A stretch of 63,054 bases of DNA, the filler included. It is 5 parts of 5 records of this genome, joined end to end, with 100 filler letters (N's around TTAATTAATTAA, not from the genome) between each part and the next. Parts side by side here need not be neighbours in the genome. Positions count along the whole stretch, not along the records: positions 47,084 to 54,070 come from DRR723986_5383; positions 54,171 to 63,054 come from DRR723986_5437; 3 more parts are not named here. One strand, given 5' to 3'. Positions 49,400-59,144 of this stretch are shown one piece after another (the stretch's first letter is position 1; the number at the start of each line of letters is the position of its first letter). Under the pieces are notes generated by a model, which had not been told where the DNA came from, did no database searches, and saw only the letters and a program-made list of their open reading frames with translations. A program made the translations under genes and the position numbers.

Positions 49400-49753
49400 C
49401 AAAAGCGGAAACAGTTGCCAAAACCGTTCATCGTCTTTACCTTTCAGATCGTCCCAATTGGCTTGCGCTGGCTGGCGCAAAATATCAATTAGGGGCGCGA
49501 ACAACTTTTGGGCTATCAGTTGTTCATTGAGGCGCGGCAAAATCAGAAAAAGCTGCTGGTATATTGCTTAACCTTGTTTGGGCAACTCAGATCAATATTG
49601 GGGTTGTCACACTTAATTACATTAGCCCAGAACGGTTTTAATATGGAGCTTTTCGAAAGGCTTGATAATATTACCGATGAATTTGATGAACCACAGTTAG
49701 GATTGCCCGCAGCTGGGCGCTCCTTCATACTGGGTATGAAAACGGTACTGTGA
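49400..49753 (+). pseudogene. Degraded 3' fragment of a TonB-dependent receptor gene
   Basis: LSDRPNWLALAGAKYQL...VVH*GAAKSE...TQINIG, frameshift near 49600, then ...ELFERLDNITDEFDEPQLGLPAAGRSFILGMKTVL; directly upstream of a PepSY-TM gene. Confidence 0.6.
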
Positions 49754-49778
49754 GATACCGTTAATTTAGGGGGTCTGC

Positions 49779-50369
49779 TTGAAGCCACAAATTCTGTTCA
49801 GGAAAATCCACCATTGGGGGTCCATCTTTGTGGCATTGCCGCTGATGTTAATCATCGGTGCTGGCATCTTCCTTATGCTGAAAAAAGAAATTGATTGGAT
49901 TCAACCATCAACAGTTAGGGGCAGTGAAGCGGGTGTTCCTTCTTTGACTGTTGCAGCGCTTTTTGAGGCTGCAAAAACCGCCCCTGATGCAAACCTGAAT
50001 TCCTGGGATGACCTTGACAGGCTCGATTTTAAATTGGGCAAAGGCGTAGCCAAGTTTGTAGGTAAAAATAATTGGGAGGTTCAGGTCGACACACATACTG
50101 GCGAAGTGTTGCAGGTGGCTTTCCGGCGCTCAGATATTATTGAAAGTCTGCATGATGGCAGCTTTTTTAGCGACGGTGTGAAACTGTATTTATTCCTGCC
50201 AGCGGGTATTGTGCTGTTCATTTTATGGTGCACCGGTCTGTATTTATTTTTCCTTCCGCATCTCAAAAATCGTCAAAAAAGACTACGAAAAAAGAACTTA
50301 GCAAAAAACAACCAACAGCTTTCAGGCCATAAACAACCTGTTAAAGGAGGTCGCCAGCCGGCTGAATGA
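49779..50369 (+). CDS. PepSY-associated TM domain protein
   Basis: RKIHHWGS, EVQVDTHTGEVL, IESLHDGSFF, WCTGLYLF. Confidence 0.8.
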   Translation: MKPQILFRKIHHWGSIFVALPLMLIIGAGIFLMLKKEIDWIQPSTVRGSEAGVPSLTVAALFEAAKTAPDANLNSWDDLDRLDFKLGKGVAKFVGKNNWEVQVDTHTGEVLQVAFRRSDIIESLHDGSFFSDGVKLYLFLPAGIVLFILWCTGLYLFFLPHLKNRQKRLRKKNLAKNNQQLSGHKQPVKGGRQPAE

Positions 50370-50441
50370 TGGCAAATCAATCAAAAAATAAGGGCGCATA
50401 ATCTCGGGACAGAGATGTGTATAATTAAGGGGAACTAAACC

Positions 50442-53400
50442 ATGAAACTTACTAAAAAAATCACAATTTTGCTCGCTTGCACGGCATTAAGTGGTAGCGC
50501 TTTTATAACGCCTGCTATCGCAGAAACCGCTGAAAAAGACTATTATGTTGCGCCCGAATATTTGGATGGCTTGCAATATAGAAACATTGGCCCTTGGCGT
50601 GGTGGCAGGGTGACAACGGTTGCTGGTACAACTAGCGACAAGCGCGTGTATTACATGGGCGCCACAGGTGGTGGTGTTTGGAAAACCACCAATGCCGGCG
50701 GTAGCTGGACCAATGTCAGCGACAAATTCTTCAAAATGGGTTCTGTCGGTGCGCTTGCCGTAGCGCCTTCTGACCCAAATGTTGTTGTAGCAGGCATGGG
50801 CGAATCTCCGTTTCGCGGTGTGGCTTCGTCACATGGGGACGGCGTATATATCTCTAAAGATGCTGGCAAAACATGGAAAAATATGGGCTTGGAAGGCAGT
50901 CGCCAAATTTCAACTGTTCATATTCACCCAACAAACCCTGACGTTATTTGGGTTGCTGTTCAGGGGTCACCTTGGGCGCCAACAGAAGAACGCGGCGTTT
51001 ATAAAACCACAGACGGTGGGAAAACCTGGAATAAAACGCTGTTTATTGATGAAACATCAGGCATTATTGACCTGACAATAGATACAAATAACCCGCGTAT
51101 CCTCTATGCATCCTCATGGGACACGGACCGTGAGCCTTGGCTCATTCGTTCGGGTGGACCGGGTTCTGCAATCTGGAAGTCTGTTGATGGCGGCGAAACT
51201 TGGAACAAAACAGGTAAAGGCCTGCCGGAAGAAATGGGCAAAATTGGTGTTATTGCTTCGGGTGCCAAGTCTGATCTCGTCTGGGCTATTGTTGAAGCAA
51301 AAGAGAAGGGCGGACTTTATAAGTCAACCAACGGCGGTGAAAGCTGGAGCTTTGTAAACGGTGACAGGCGTTTGCACGCACGTTCATGGTATTACATGCA
51401 TATATTTGCTGACCCACAGGACGAGAATGTTGTTTATGTCTTAAACGCTCCGTTCATGAAGTCTGTTGACGGTGGTAAAACATTCACTCAAATTTCCGTA
51501 CCCCACGGTGACACCCATGATTTGTGGATCAACCCGGAAAACCCTGACGTTATGGTGAACGCCAATGACGGCGGTGGCACGGTGTCACTTGACGGGGCAA
51601 AAAGCTGGTCAACGGTTTACAATCAACCAACAGCACAAATTTACCGACTGAATGCGGATAATAACTTTGCCTACCGACTATATGGTGGTCAGCAAGACAA
51701 CAGCACAGTTGGCATATTAAGCCGGGGGCCAGATGGCTCTATTGGGCTTGAAGATTTCCATGCGGTGGGCGGCTGTGAAAGTGGCTTTGTTGGGTTAGAC
51801 CGCGATAACCCACGGTATGCATATTCTGGCTGTTATTTAGGCCAGATTGACGAGTATGATTTTGAAACAGAAACAGACCGAAGCGTAAGTGCTTATCCTG
51901 AAATATCTTTCGGAAATCCGCCAAAAAACCGCAAATACCGTTTCAATTGGAATGCCCCAATTTTTGTGTCACAGCATGACAAAACTGCGATTTACCATGC
52001 GGGCAACAAACTTCTGAAATCGATAGACCGCGGTGTCAGTTGGACTGAAGTAAGCCCGGACCTTACCCGTGATGATGAGGCAACCCAGGGCCCAGGCGGT
52101 GCGCCAATAACCAACGAAGTGTCTGAAAACTATAATACAATCACCTATGTGGCTGAAAGCATGCATGAGGCAGGCACTATGTACGCAGGCTCTGATGATG
52201 GGTTGGTGCATGTAACTCGTGATGGCGGTGCTAACTGGGAGAATGTAACACCGCGCGGCATCGGGGCAGCCTTGGTGAATGCAATTGATGTTTCACCGCA
52301 TGACCCGGCGACAGCATATGTTGCGGTAACTCGTTACAAAGAAAATGATCATACACCGATGATCTTCAAAACCACCAATTACGGTAAACGTTGGAGCCAA
52401 ATTGCTGATGGCATTCCAGACGGTGATTTCGTTCGGGTAGTGCGGGAAGACACCGAACGCAAAGGGATGCTTTATGCTGGAACCGAAACCAGCCTTTATG
52501 TGTCTTTTGATGACGGAGACAACTGGCAGCCCATGCAGTCAAACTTGCCGCATGTGCCCGTAACCGACATTAAAGTGCACGGCAAAGACCTGTTGTTGTC
52601 CACACAGGGCAGGGGCTTCTGGATACTTGATGACATAGCACCCCTGCGTCAGATGACAGGTGATACGGACGATGCAACCTTGTTCAAGCCTTCAACTGCC
52701 TACCATGTGCATACGGCGGGTGGCAGAAACGGTGGGCCTACTAGCCCGAACCCACCATCCGGTGCTGTTCTCTACTATAGTCTGCCTGATGTGCCGGAAG
52801 GCGGTATCTCGCTTGAAATTGTTAATAGTAACGGCGATGTTATCAGGACCCTTAAGTCTGATGCGAAGAAAGGCGAAAAGGGTGGCGGTTCCGGCAGTGC
52901 TTATAGCTTGCCCATGAAAGAGGGCCTTAATCGAGCCCAGTGGGACCTTCGTGTTGACGCACTAGAGGCAATTGATGGCCTTTGGACTGCTTCCGGTGGC
53001 GGCGATAGCAAGGTAGATGGCTATATGGTTGCGCCAGGGACCTACACGGCCCGTTTGACGGCGGGTGATGCTGTTAGCGAGCAAAGCTTCTCGGTAGCAT
53101 GGGACCCTCGACTTGATATCGACACCGCACTGATTGTTGAGCAAACAAGCATGGCCAAACAAAGCCATGAGATGCTTGCAGAATTGCAGCAATCGGTTAT
53201 CTCAATGCGCAAAGCCAAGATGCTGGCGAAATCGCAAACAGAAGCAAATTCAGACGTGGCGACGCTTAAGGCGGCAGGCGATGCAGCTGTGAAGGCAATT
53301 GAGGCGTGGGAAAAAGGCCTGATTAATACTGAGCGTGAGTTCTTTCAAGATGTTCTGAACTGGCCTGACAAATTGCATTCGGACCTGCAGTTCGTGGTTG

Positions 53401-53594
53401 GTAATCTGGACGGTGGAATCCCGCCTGTTAATGCTGGAACAAAGCAGCGCTTTGATGATGTTGCAGCAATTTTCCGTGATGCAATGGCTGCAAGAGACGC
53501 CGTTGTTGCAAATGAAATAGCTGCGTTTAACTCTGCATTCGCAGCAAGTGGACGTAGTGCAGTTACGGTGCCTAGCTTTTCAGGCGCTGAATAA
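50442..53594 (+). CDS. Secreted BNR/Asp-box repeat beta-propeller (VPS10/sortilin-like) glycosyl hydrolase-like protein
   Basis: Signal peptide; YRNIGPWRGGRV; many S/TxDGGxTW Asp-boxes; YGGQQDN. Confidence 0.85.
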   Translation: MKLTKKITILLACTALSGSAFITPAIAETAEKDYYVAPEYLDGLQYRNIGPWRGGRVTTVAGTTSDKRVYYMGATGGGVWKTTNAGGSWTNVSDKFFKMGSVGALAVAPSDPNVVVAGMGESPFRGVASSHGDGVYISKDAGKTWKNMGLEGSRQISTVHIHPTNPDVIWVAVQGSPWAPTEERGVYKTTDGGKTWNKTLFIDETSGIIDLTIDTNNPRILYASSWDTDREPWLIRSGGPGSAIWKSVDGGETWNKTGKGLPEEMGKIGVIASGAKSDLVWAIVEAKEKGGLYKSTNGGESWSFVNGDRRLHARSWYYMHIFADPQDENVVYVLNAPFMKSVDGGKTFTQISVPHGDTHDLWINPENPDVMVNANDGGGTVSLDGAKSWSTVYNQPTAQIYRLNADNNFAYRLYGGQQDNSTVGILSRGPDGSIGLEDFHAVGGCESGFVGLDRDNPRYAYSGCYLGQIDEYDFETETDRSVSAYPEISFGNPPKNRKYRFNWNAPIFVSQHDKTAIYHAGNKLLKSIDRGVSWTEVSPDLTRDDEATQGPGGAPITNEVSENYNTITYVAESMHEAGTMYAGSDDGLVHVTRDGGANWENVTPRGIGAALVNAIDVSPHDPATAYVAVTRYKENDHTPMIFKTTNYGKRWSQIADGIPDGDFVRVVREDTERKGMLYAGTETSLYVSFDDGDNWQPMQSNLPHVPVTDIKVHGKDLLLSTQGRGFWILDDIAPLRQMTGDTDDATLFKPSTAYHVHTAGGRNGGPTSPNPPSGAVLYYSLPDVPEGGISLEIVNSNGDVIRTLKSDAKKGEKGGGSGSAYSLPMKEGLNRAQWDLRVDALEAIDGLWTASGGGDSKVDGYMVAPGTYTARLTAGDAVSEQSFSVAWDPRLDIDTALIVEQTSMAKQSHEMLAELQQSVISMRKAKMLAKSQTEANSDVATLKAAGDAAVKAIEAWEKGLINTEREFFQDVLNWPDKLHSDLQFVVGNLDGGIPPVNAGTKQRFDDVAAIFRDAMAARDAVVANEIAAFNSAFAASGRSAVTVPSFSGAE

Positions 53595-53666
53595 TACTGG
53601 CATTAAACAATAATACTATTGGGGATGAGGAGGCCTGTGAGCCTCCTCGCAGTTGAGGAGTGGGTA

Positions 53667-54070
53667 ATGAATAGCATATTTAAAACAATGACATGCGTTG
53701 GTGCATTAATGCTTGGCGCTGGTGCTGCACAGGCAGAAATTGATAGCGACTTGATGGCTGGCATTAAGGCGCGGGTTATTGGTCCGGCAGCAATGAGTGG
53801 TCGCGTAGCGGCCATCGATGCGGTGGCCTCAGACCCCAATCATATAGTGGTTGGTGCCGCCACGGGTGGTGTTTGGATATCGTCCAATGGAGGGTTGAAC
53901 TGGACGCCGACATTCGACGGTGAAGAATGTGCTTCTATTGGGTCAGTTGCAATCAATCAAAGTAACCCGGATATCATTTGGGTTGGCACCGGCGAGGGCA
54001 ATACCCGCAACTCAACGTCTATCGGCTGCGGCATGTTTAAGTCACTTGATGGCGGTAAAACATGGAACAA
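53667..54070 (+). CDS. Second VPS10/BNR-repeat protein (3' truncated)
   Basis: Signal peptide; RVIGPAAMSGRVAAID, GTGEGN, KSLDGGKTW; GAGGAG RBS. Confidence 0.85.
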
Positions 54071-54170
54071 NNNNNNNNNNNNNNNNNNNNNNNNNNNNNN
54101 NNNNNNNNNNNNNNTTAATTAATTAANNNNNNNNNNNNNNNNNNNNNNNNNNNNNNNNNNNNNNNNNNNN
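54071..54170. other. Artificial contig spacer
   Basis: N run, TTAATTAATTAA, N run. Confidence 0.99.
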
Positions 54171-54416
54171 CGAGGCATTGGTGGCCCCCGGCCCGCGCGT
54201 CACCATGCAAATGCCCGGCTGGCCCGTCAGCTTGCCATGGGCCGCAGCCATGAAGGCCGCGCCGCCCTCGTTGCGGCACAGCACATAATCCAGCTGGCCC
54301 TGGGTGTCGTATAGCGCATCCAGCACCGCCAGATAGCTTTCGCCCGGCACGCCAAAGGCGCGGGTCGCCCCAAGCGCCACAAGGCATTCAACCAGTAGCT
54401 GCCCACCGTTTCGCAT
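54171..54416 (-). CDS. Thiamine pyrophosphate-dependent enzyme (acetolactate synthase-like; 3' truncated)
   Basis: FGVPGESYL, CRNEGGAAFMA, VTRGPGATNA. Confidence 0.88.
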
Positions 54417-54484
54417 TGCTCAGCCTCCTTTGCTTAACGCCCACCCTAGGGCGCATGGCGCCGCAGGAAAAGCGGCTTTGCCCG

Positions 54485-55657
54485 TTATGACAGCACCGCC
54501 CGAATGCGGCCCAGCGCCTCGATGATATTCGAGGTGGAATTGGCGTAAGAGAAACGCACATAGCCCTCGCCATAGCGGCCAAAGCTGGTGCCGGCCACAG
54601 TGGCAACCCCGGCCTTGTCCAAAAACAAATCCTGCGCCTGGGTCGCGCTAAGCCCGGTGCCGGTGATGTTTGGAAAGGCATAAAACGCCCCGCCCGAGTC
54701 GGTGCAGCTGATGCCCGGCAGGCTGTTTAGCTCGCGCACAATCACCCGGCGGCGGGCATCGAATTGCGCCACCATATCGCGCACCGCATCTTGCGGGCCT
54801 TCCAGCGCGGCAATGCCGGCAAATTGCGTGGCGGCATTCACGCAGGAATGATCATTGATGCACAACCGCGTCACATGGGCCACAGCGCTATCGGGCCATA
54901 CCGCATAGCCCAGCCGCCAGCCCGTCATCGCATAGGTTTTCGACCACCCATCCAGCATGATCAAACGATCCCGAATTTCGGGATATTGCAGCAGCGATAC
55001 GTGCTGGCGCCCGTCATAGAGCATGTTGGAATAGATCTCGTCAGACATCAACGCCACATGCGGGTGCGCCTGTAGCCCTGCAACCAGCTTGTCGATCTCT
55101 TCTTTCGGGGTCACGCCGCCGGTTGGGTTGGCGGGGCTGTTGATGATAATCAGCGAGGTGTTCGGGGTGATCTGGGCCAGCACATCTTCGGCTGAAAAGG
55201 CAAACCCGTTTTCTTCCTTCAACGCAATCGGCACCGGGGTGGCCCCGGAATACCGGATAACAGATTCGTAAATCGGGAACCCGGGGTTGGGATACATGAT
55301 TTCAGCGCCCGGCTGGCCAAACATCATCACTGCGAAAAACATGGTGGGCTTGCCGCCCGGCACCACCACCACGTTATCGGGGTTTACCTCGGCGCCATGG
55401 CGGCGGTGCAGATCGGCGGCCACCGCCTCGCGCAGGCGGGGCAGGCCATTGGCGGGGGTATAGCCGTGATGGCCATCGCGCAGCGCCTTGATGCCCGCCT
55501 CGACAATATGCTCGGGCGTGCGAAAATCGGGTTGGCCAATGCCAAGGTTGATAATGTCTTGCCCCTGCGCCGCCAACGCCTGCGCGCGCGCCAAAACAAC
55601 AAAAGCAGATTCAGTGCCCAGACGCGCCAGGCTATCGGCAAATTTCAGCGCCGCCAT
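54485..55657 (-). CDS. PLP-dependent aminotransferase class I/II
   Basis: LGIGQPDF, NSPANPTG, SDEIY, GWSKTYAMTGWRLG. Confidence 0.92.
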   Translation of the reverse strand: MAALKFADSLARLGTESAFVVLARAQALAAQGQDIINLGIGQPDFRTPEHIVEAGIKALRDGHHGYTPANGLPRLREAVAADLHRRHGAEVNPDNVVVVPGGKPTMFFAVMMFGQPGAEIMYPNPGFPIYESVIRYSGATPVPIALKEENGFAFSAEDVLAQITPNTSLIIINSPANPTGGVTPKEEIDKLVAGLQAHPHVALMSDEIYSNMLYDGRQHVSLLQYPEIRDRLIMLDGWSKTYAMTGWRLGYAVWPDSAVAHVTRLCINDHSCVNAATQFAGIAALEGPQDAVRDMVAQFDARRRVIVRELNSLPGISCTDSGGAFYAFPNITGTGLSATQAQDLFLDKAGVATVAGTSFGRYGEGYVRFSYANSTSNIIEALGRIRAVLS

Positions 55658-55702
55658 GTGACCCCCTTTAGGTGAAAAGCCGGCTTGGGCCAGCTGCCAG
55701 AA

Positions 55703-55712
55703 TGGTATACCA
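55703..55712. promoter_or_regulatory. GntR/FadR-type operator, copy 1
   Basis: Perfect palindrome TGGTATACCA upstream of the aminotransferase. Confidence 0.7.
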
Positions 55713-55828
55713 AATGCGTGATATCCAATGCATCGGGCGAAGGGAAGACACCACGCGATCTGCGCGCAGAGCTAGGGCAAAGCCAGCGGTGGGCCATATC
55801 TTCTTTTCGCCCCAGCGCGCGCCACGGC

Positions 55829-56794
55829 CTAGGGCTGCGGGGCATCATCGGCCAGATAGTGGCGGATATTATCCTCAAAGCTGTCATCGGCCTCTAGCCC
55901 CAGCGCCAGGGCCTTTTGCGGCCGAATATCATGGCGCCAGCCCCCCACGATGGCCTGCACCTCGGGCTGGGGCTGCCAGCTGATAAGTTGGGCGGGCTTG
56001 GGGCCTGCAACCGCGGTCATGGCTGCAATCATCTGGGCAATGCTCCAATCGCGGCCGGGCATCATCATGCAGCGGTTTTGGCCCAGCGCGGCGCTGGGTA
56101 TCTCTGCGCCCTTCACCAGGTTTTCCACACATTTGCGCGGCGACAGGTAATAGTGGCGGTAATCAGGCGGCACGGGGCAATTTGCCGGCACCCCCGCCAA
56201 AGGTTCGCGGAAAATCCCCGACATAAAGCCCGACGCCGCCCGGTTTGGCGCCCCGGGGCGCACGGTGATGGTGGGCAGGCGCAGCCCACGCCCATCAACA
56301 AAACCTTTGCGGCTGAAATCGTTGATCAGCAGCTCGCCCATTGCCTTTTGGGTGCCATACGAGGTTTGCGGGTTTAAAAAACTATGGTCAGAAATCGGGT
56401 CAGGCACCTCGCCGCCATAGGCCGCGATCGACGAGGTGAACACCACCACCGGGCACCGCCCCAGCGCGCGCGCCTGTTGCAGCACGTTTAACACGCCCAT
56501 CAGGTTTATGGCCAAACCGGCATCGAAATCTTGCTCGGCATGGGCCGAAACAATCGCCGCCAGTAAAAAGATCACATCCACATCGGCAGGCATGGCCTGC
56601 GCCACATCGGCAGGGTTGGCAATATCGCAGGCAATGCTGGCCACGGGAAAGGGGGCTTTGGGGGCGCTGGGGGGCTGGATATCGGCCAGGATCAGCCGCG
56701 CAATCGCCTGCCCGCGCAAATGCCCGCGCCTGGCCAGCTGATGGGCCAGTTTTTGCCCCAAAAACCCTGCACCGCCGATGATCAAAACATTCAT
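55829..56794 (-). CDS. denD: D-erythronate dehydrogenase-like extended SDR
   Basis: GGAGFLG, LAAIVSAHAE, SYGTQK, RLPTITVRPGAPNRAASGF, IFREPL. Confidence 0.8.
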   Translation of the reverse strand: MNVLIIGGAGFLGQKLAHQLARRGHLRGQAIARLILADIQPPSAPKAPFPVASIACDIANPADVAQAMPADVDVIFLLAAIVSAHAEQDFDAGLAINLMGVLNVLQQARALGRCPVVVFTSSIAAYGGEVPDPISDHSFLNPQTSYGTQKAMGELLINDFSRKGFVDGRGLRLPTITVRPGAPNRAASGFMSGIFREPLAGVPANCPVPPDYRHYYLSPRKCVENLVKGAEIPSAALGQNRCMMMPGRDWSIAQMIAAMTAVAGPKPAQLISWQPQPEVQAIVGGWRHDIRPQKALALGLEADDSFEDNIRHYLADDAPQP

Positions 56795-56803
56795 GCCAGC
56801 CCC

Positions 56804-57403
56804 CTATGCGCCACGCAGCGCCGACCACAGCGCCAGCCCCACCACGGCCAGCATGGCCAATGCCATGGCAATATTGATGCGCCGTTGCACGTGATGGGGC
56901 AAATCCAAGCGGTGCAGCGCCACCCCGGCCCATAGCCACCCCAAATGAATGGGCACCCAAATGGCATTGGCGATCAGCAATTTCACGGTCAGCTCAAAGG
57001 CCAGGTTATCGGGAGCAAAGCCAAAGCCGGTGATTAACGAGGTATTCACCGCATAGGCCTTTGGGTTGATGGCCTGCAGCAAAACCCCGGCACCGATACC
57101 CGGGGGCGCCTTGGCCTCGATAAAGGCGATGCGCGATCCGGCAAAGCCGATACGCGCCGCCAGATACAGCAAATACGCCACCGAGGCCCCCATCAGCACC
57201 AGCCGCAACCCAGGCACGGAAAACACCACCGCAGCCAGGCCAGATATCACCGCAAGCATCACCATATTCGTGCCCAAAAACAGGCCCAGCACGTAAGTCA
57301 GCGACGGGCGAAACCCATAGGCCGCCCCAAAGCCCGCCGTGCTTAGAACGCCCGGGCCGGGGGTGATGATCAGCAAAATCACAGCAAGCGCAAAGGTCAG
57401 CAT
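56804..57403 (-). CDS. LysE family translocator
   Basis: ITPGPG, YLLYLA, QAINPKAY. Confidence 0.88.
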   Translation of the reverse strand: MLTFALAVILLIITPGPGVLSTAGFGAAYGFRPSLTYVLGLFLGTNMVMLAVISGLAAVVFSVPGLRLVLMGASVAYLLYLAARIGFAGSRIAFIEAKAPPGIGAGVLLQAINPKAYAVNTSLITGFGFAPDNLAFELTVKLLIANAIWVPIHLGWLWAGVALHRLDLPHHVQRRINIAMALAMLAVVGLALWSALRGA

Positions 57404-57440
57404 GGGGGTGGTCCGTTGTGCGGGATGCGGCGCCCGGATA

Positions 57441-57450
57441 TGGTATACCA
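57441..57450. promoter_or_regulatory. GntR/FadR-type operator, copy 2
   Basis: TGGTATACCA upstream of the LysE gene. Confidence 0.7.
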
Positions 57451-57532
57451 AAGCCACAAAAAGCTGCCAGCCGCCGCTTGTCAACCATGTTGCATCCGGG
57501 CCCGGTGCCCACGCTCGACAAGACCGGGGCCG

Positions 57533-57542
57533 TGGTATACCA
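57533..57542. promoter_or_regulatory. GntR/FadR-type operator, copy 3
   Basis: TGGTATACCA upstream of the GntR gene. Confidence 0.7.
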
Positions 57543-57587
57543 AAACGGCAACGCGCCTCTGACGCGCCATGCAACCGGATATTCGCC

Positions 57588-58280
57588 ATGCCAGCAGATA
57601 CATTGGCAGACCATATCGCCGCCCAGCTGCGCCACAGTATTTTGCGCGGCACCCTGCCCCCTGGCACCCTGATCAAAGAGCGCGACACCGCCGCCGAAAT
57701 GCATGTCAGCCGCACCCCCATGCGCGAGGCTATTCGCATTTTGGCCAAAGAGGGGCTGGTGCTGTTGCGCCCGGCCCGCAGCCCAATTGTGGCGCGCCTT
57801 GATGCCAAGGCGGTGGCAGATCAGGCGCAGGTGTTGATCGCGCTGGAAATACTATCGGCGCAATTGGCCTGCCAGCATGCAACGCCCGAAGATATCGCGC
57901 ATCTGACCCAGCTGTGCCACGATATGGCGCGCGATTTCGCAGGCAGCTCGGCCCAGCAGATCTTCGAGCGCGACATGGCTTTTCACAGCGCTTTGGCGCA
58001 GGCCTCGCAAAACCGGGCGCTGGCCGAAACCCACCAGCGCTATTTGCAGCGCCTGTGGTATCCGCGGTTTCTGGCCGCTGAAATCCGCCGCAGCGCACAG
58101 CGGGTGCTGGGCGAGCATGACGATATCTTGCGCGCCATAGGCCAGCGCGATGCCGATGCCGCGCGCCGCGCGGTCGAAACCCATCTGCGCCAATTGGCCA
58201 GCGACATCCACGCCCAGATTGCCGCGCAGCAACCGGGCGAAACGGACATATCTGAAAAGACAACAGGAGACACGGTATGA
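57588..58280 (+). CDS. GntR family regulator (FCD domain)
   Basis: VSRTPMREAIRILAKEGLV HTH; DMAFH, EHDDIL. Confidence 0.9.
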   Translation: MPADTLADHIAAQLRHSILRGTLPPGTLIKERDTAAEMHVSRTPMREAIRILAKEGLVLLRPARSPIVARLDAKAVADQAQVLIALEILSAQLACQHATPEDIAHLTQLCHDMARDFAGSSAQQIFERDMAFHSALAQASQNRALAETHQRYLQRLWYPRFLAAEIRRSAQRVLGEHDDILRAIGQRDADAARRAVETHLRQLASDIHAQIAAQQPGETDISEKTTGDTV

Positions 58281-59122
58281 AACTTTTGCGTTTTGGCCCC
58301 GAAGGCCAGGAAAAGCCCGGTGTTTTGGATGCCCAGGGTGAGGTGCGTGATCTGTCGGGCAAAGTGCCCGATTTTGCAGGCCAGGGCGTATCGCTGGCGG
58401 CCCTTGATGCCATCCGCCAAATCGACATCGACAGCCTGCCCCTGGTGGCAGACCCCGGGCGCATCGGCCCTTGTGTGGCATGGGCGCCCAACTACTATTG
58501 CATCGGGCTGAACTATGCCAAACACGCCGCCGAAGCGGGCGCAGAGCCGCCAAAAGAGCCGATTATCTTTTCCAAGGCCAGCTCGGCCCTGTCAGGCCCG
58601 GATGATGCGGTGATTATCCCCCGCGGGTCGGAAAAGGCCGATTGGGAGGTAGAGCTGGGCATCGTTATCGGGCGCGAGGCGCTTTATGTGCCCGAAGATC
58701 AGGCGCTGTCTTATGTGGCGGGCTATTGCACGATTAACGATGTCTCGGAACGCGCGTTTCAGATGGAACATGCGGGCCAGTGGATAAAGGGCAAATCGGC
58801 CCCCAGCTTTGCCCCAACTGGCCCCTATCTGGTTACGGCAGACGATGTGCCAAACCCGCAAAACCTGCGCCTGTGGTTGTCGCTGAACGGCACGATTGTC
58901 CAAGACAGCAGCACCGATGACATGATTTTTGGTGTGGCCCACATTATTTCCTACATGAGCCGCTTTATGAAACTGCTGCCCGGCGATGTGATTGCCACCG
59001 GCACGCCATCGGGGGTGGGCATGGGCATGAAGCCGCAGCGCTACTTGCGCCCCGGCGATGTGATGGAGCTGGAAGTAGAAGGGTTGGGCAAACAGCGCCA
59101 AACCGCGGTGGCGGCGGCATGA
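58277..59122 (+). CDS. Fumarylacetoacetate hydrolase family protein
   Basis: CIGLNYAKH, DWEVELG, NDVSER, WIKGKS, GDVIATGTPSGVG. Confidence 0.92.
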   Translation: MKLLRFGPEGQEKPGVLDAQGEVRDLSGKVPDFAGQGVSLAALDAIRQIDIDSLPLVADPGRIGPCVAWAPNYYCIGLNYAKHAAEAGAEPPKEPIIFSKASSALSGPDDAVIIPRGSEKADWEVELGIVIGREALYVPEDQALSYVAGYCTINDVSERAFQMEHAGQWIKGKSAPSFAPTGPYLVTADDVPNPQNLRLWLSLNGTIVQDSSTDDMIFGVAHIISYMSRFMKLLPGDVIATGTPSGVGMGMKPQRYLRPGDVMELEVEGLGKQRQTAVAAA

Positions 59123-59144
59123 AACAGGCGTTTGGGCTGGCGCC

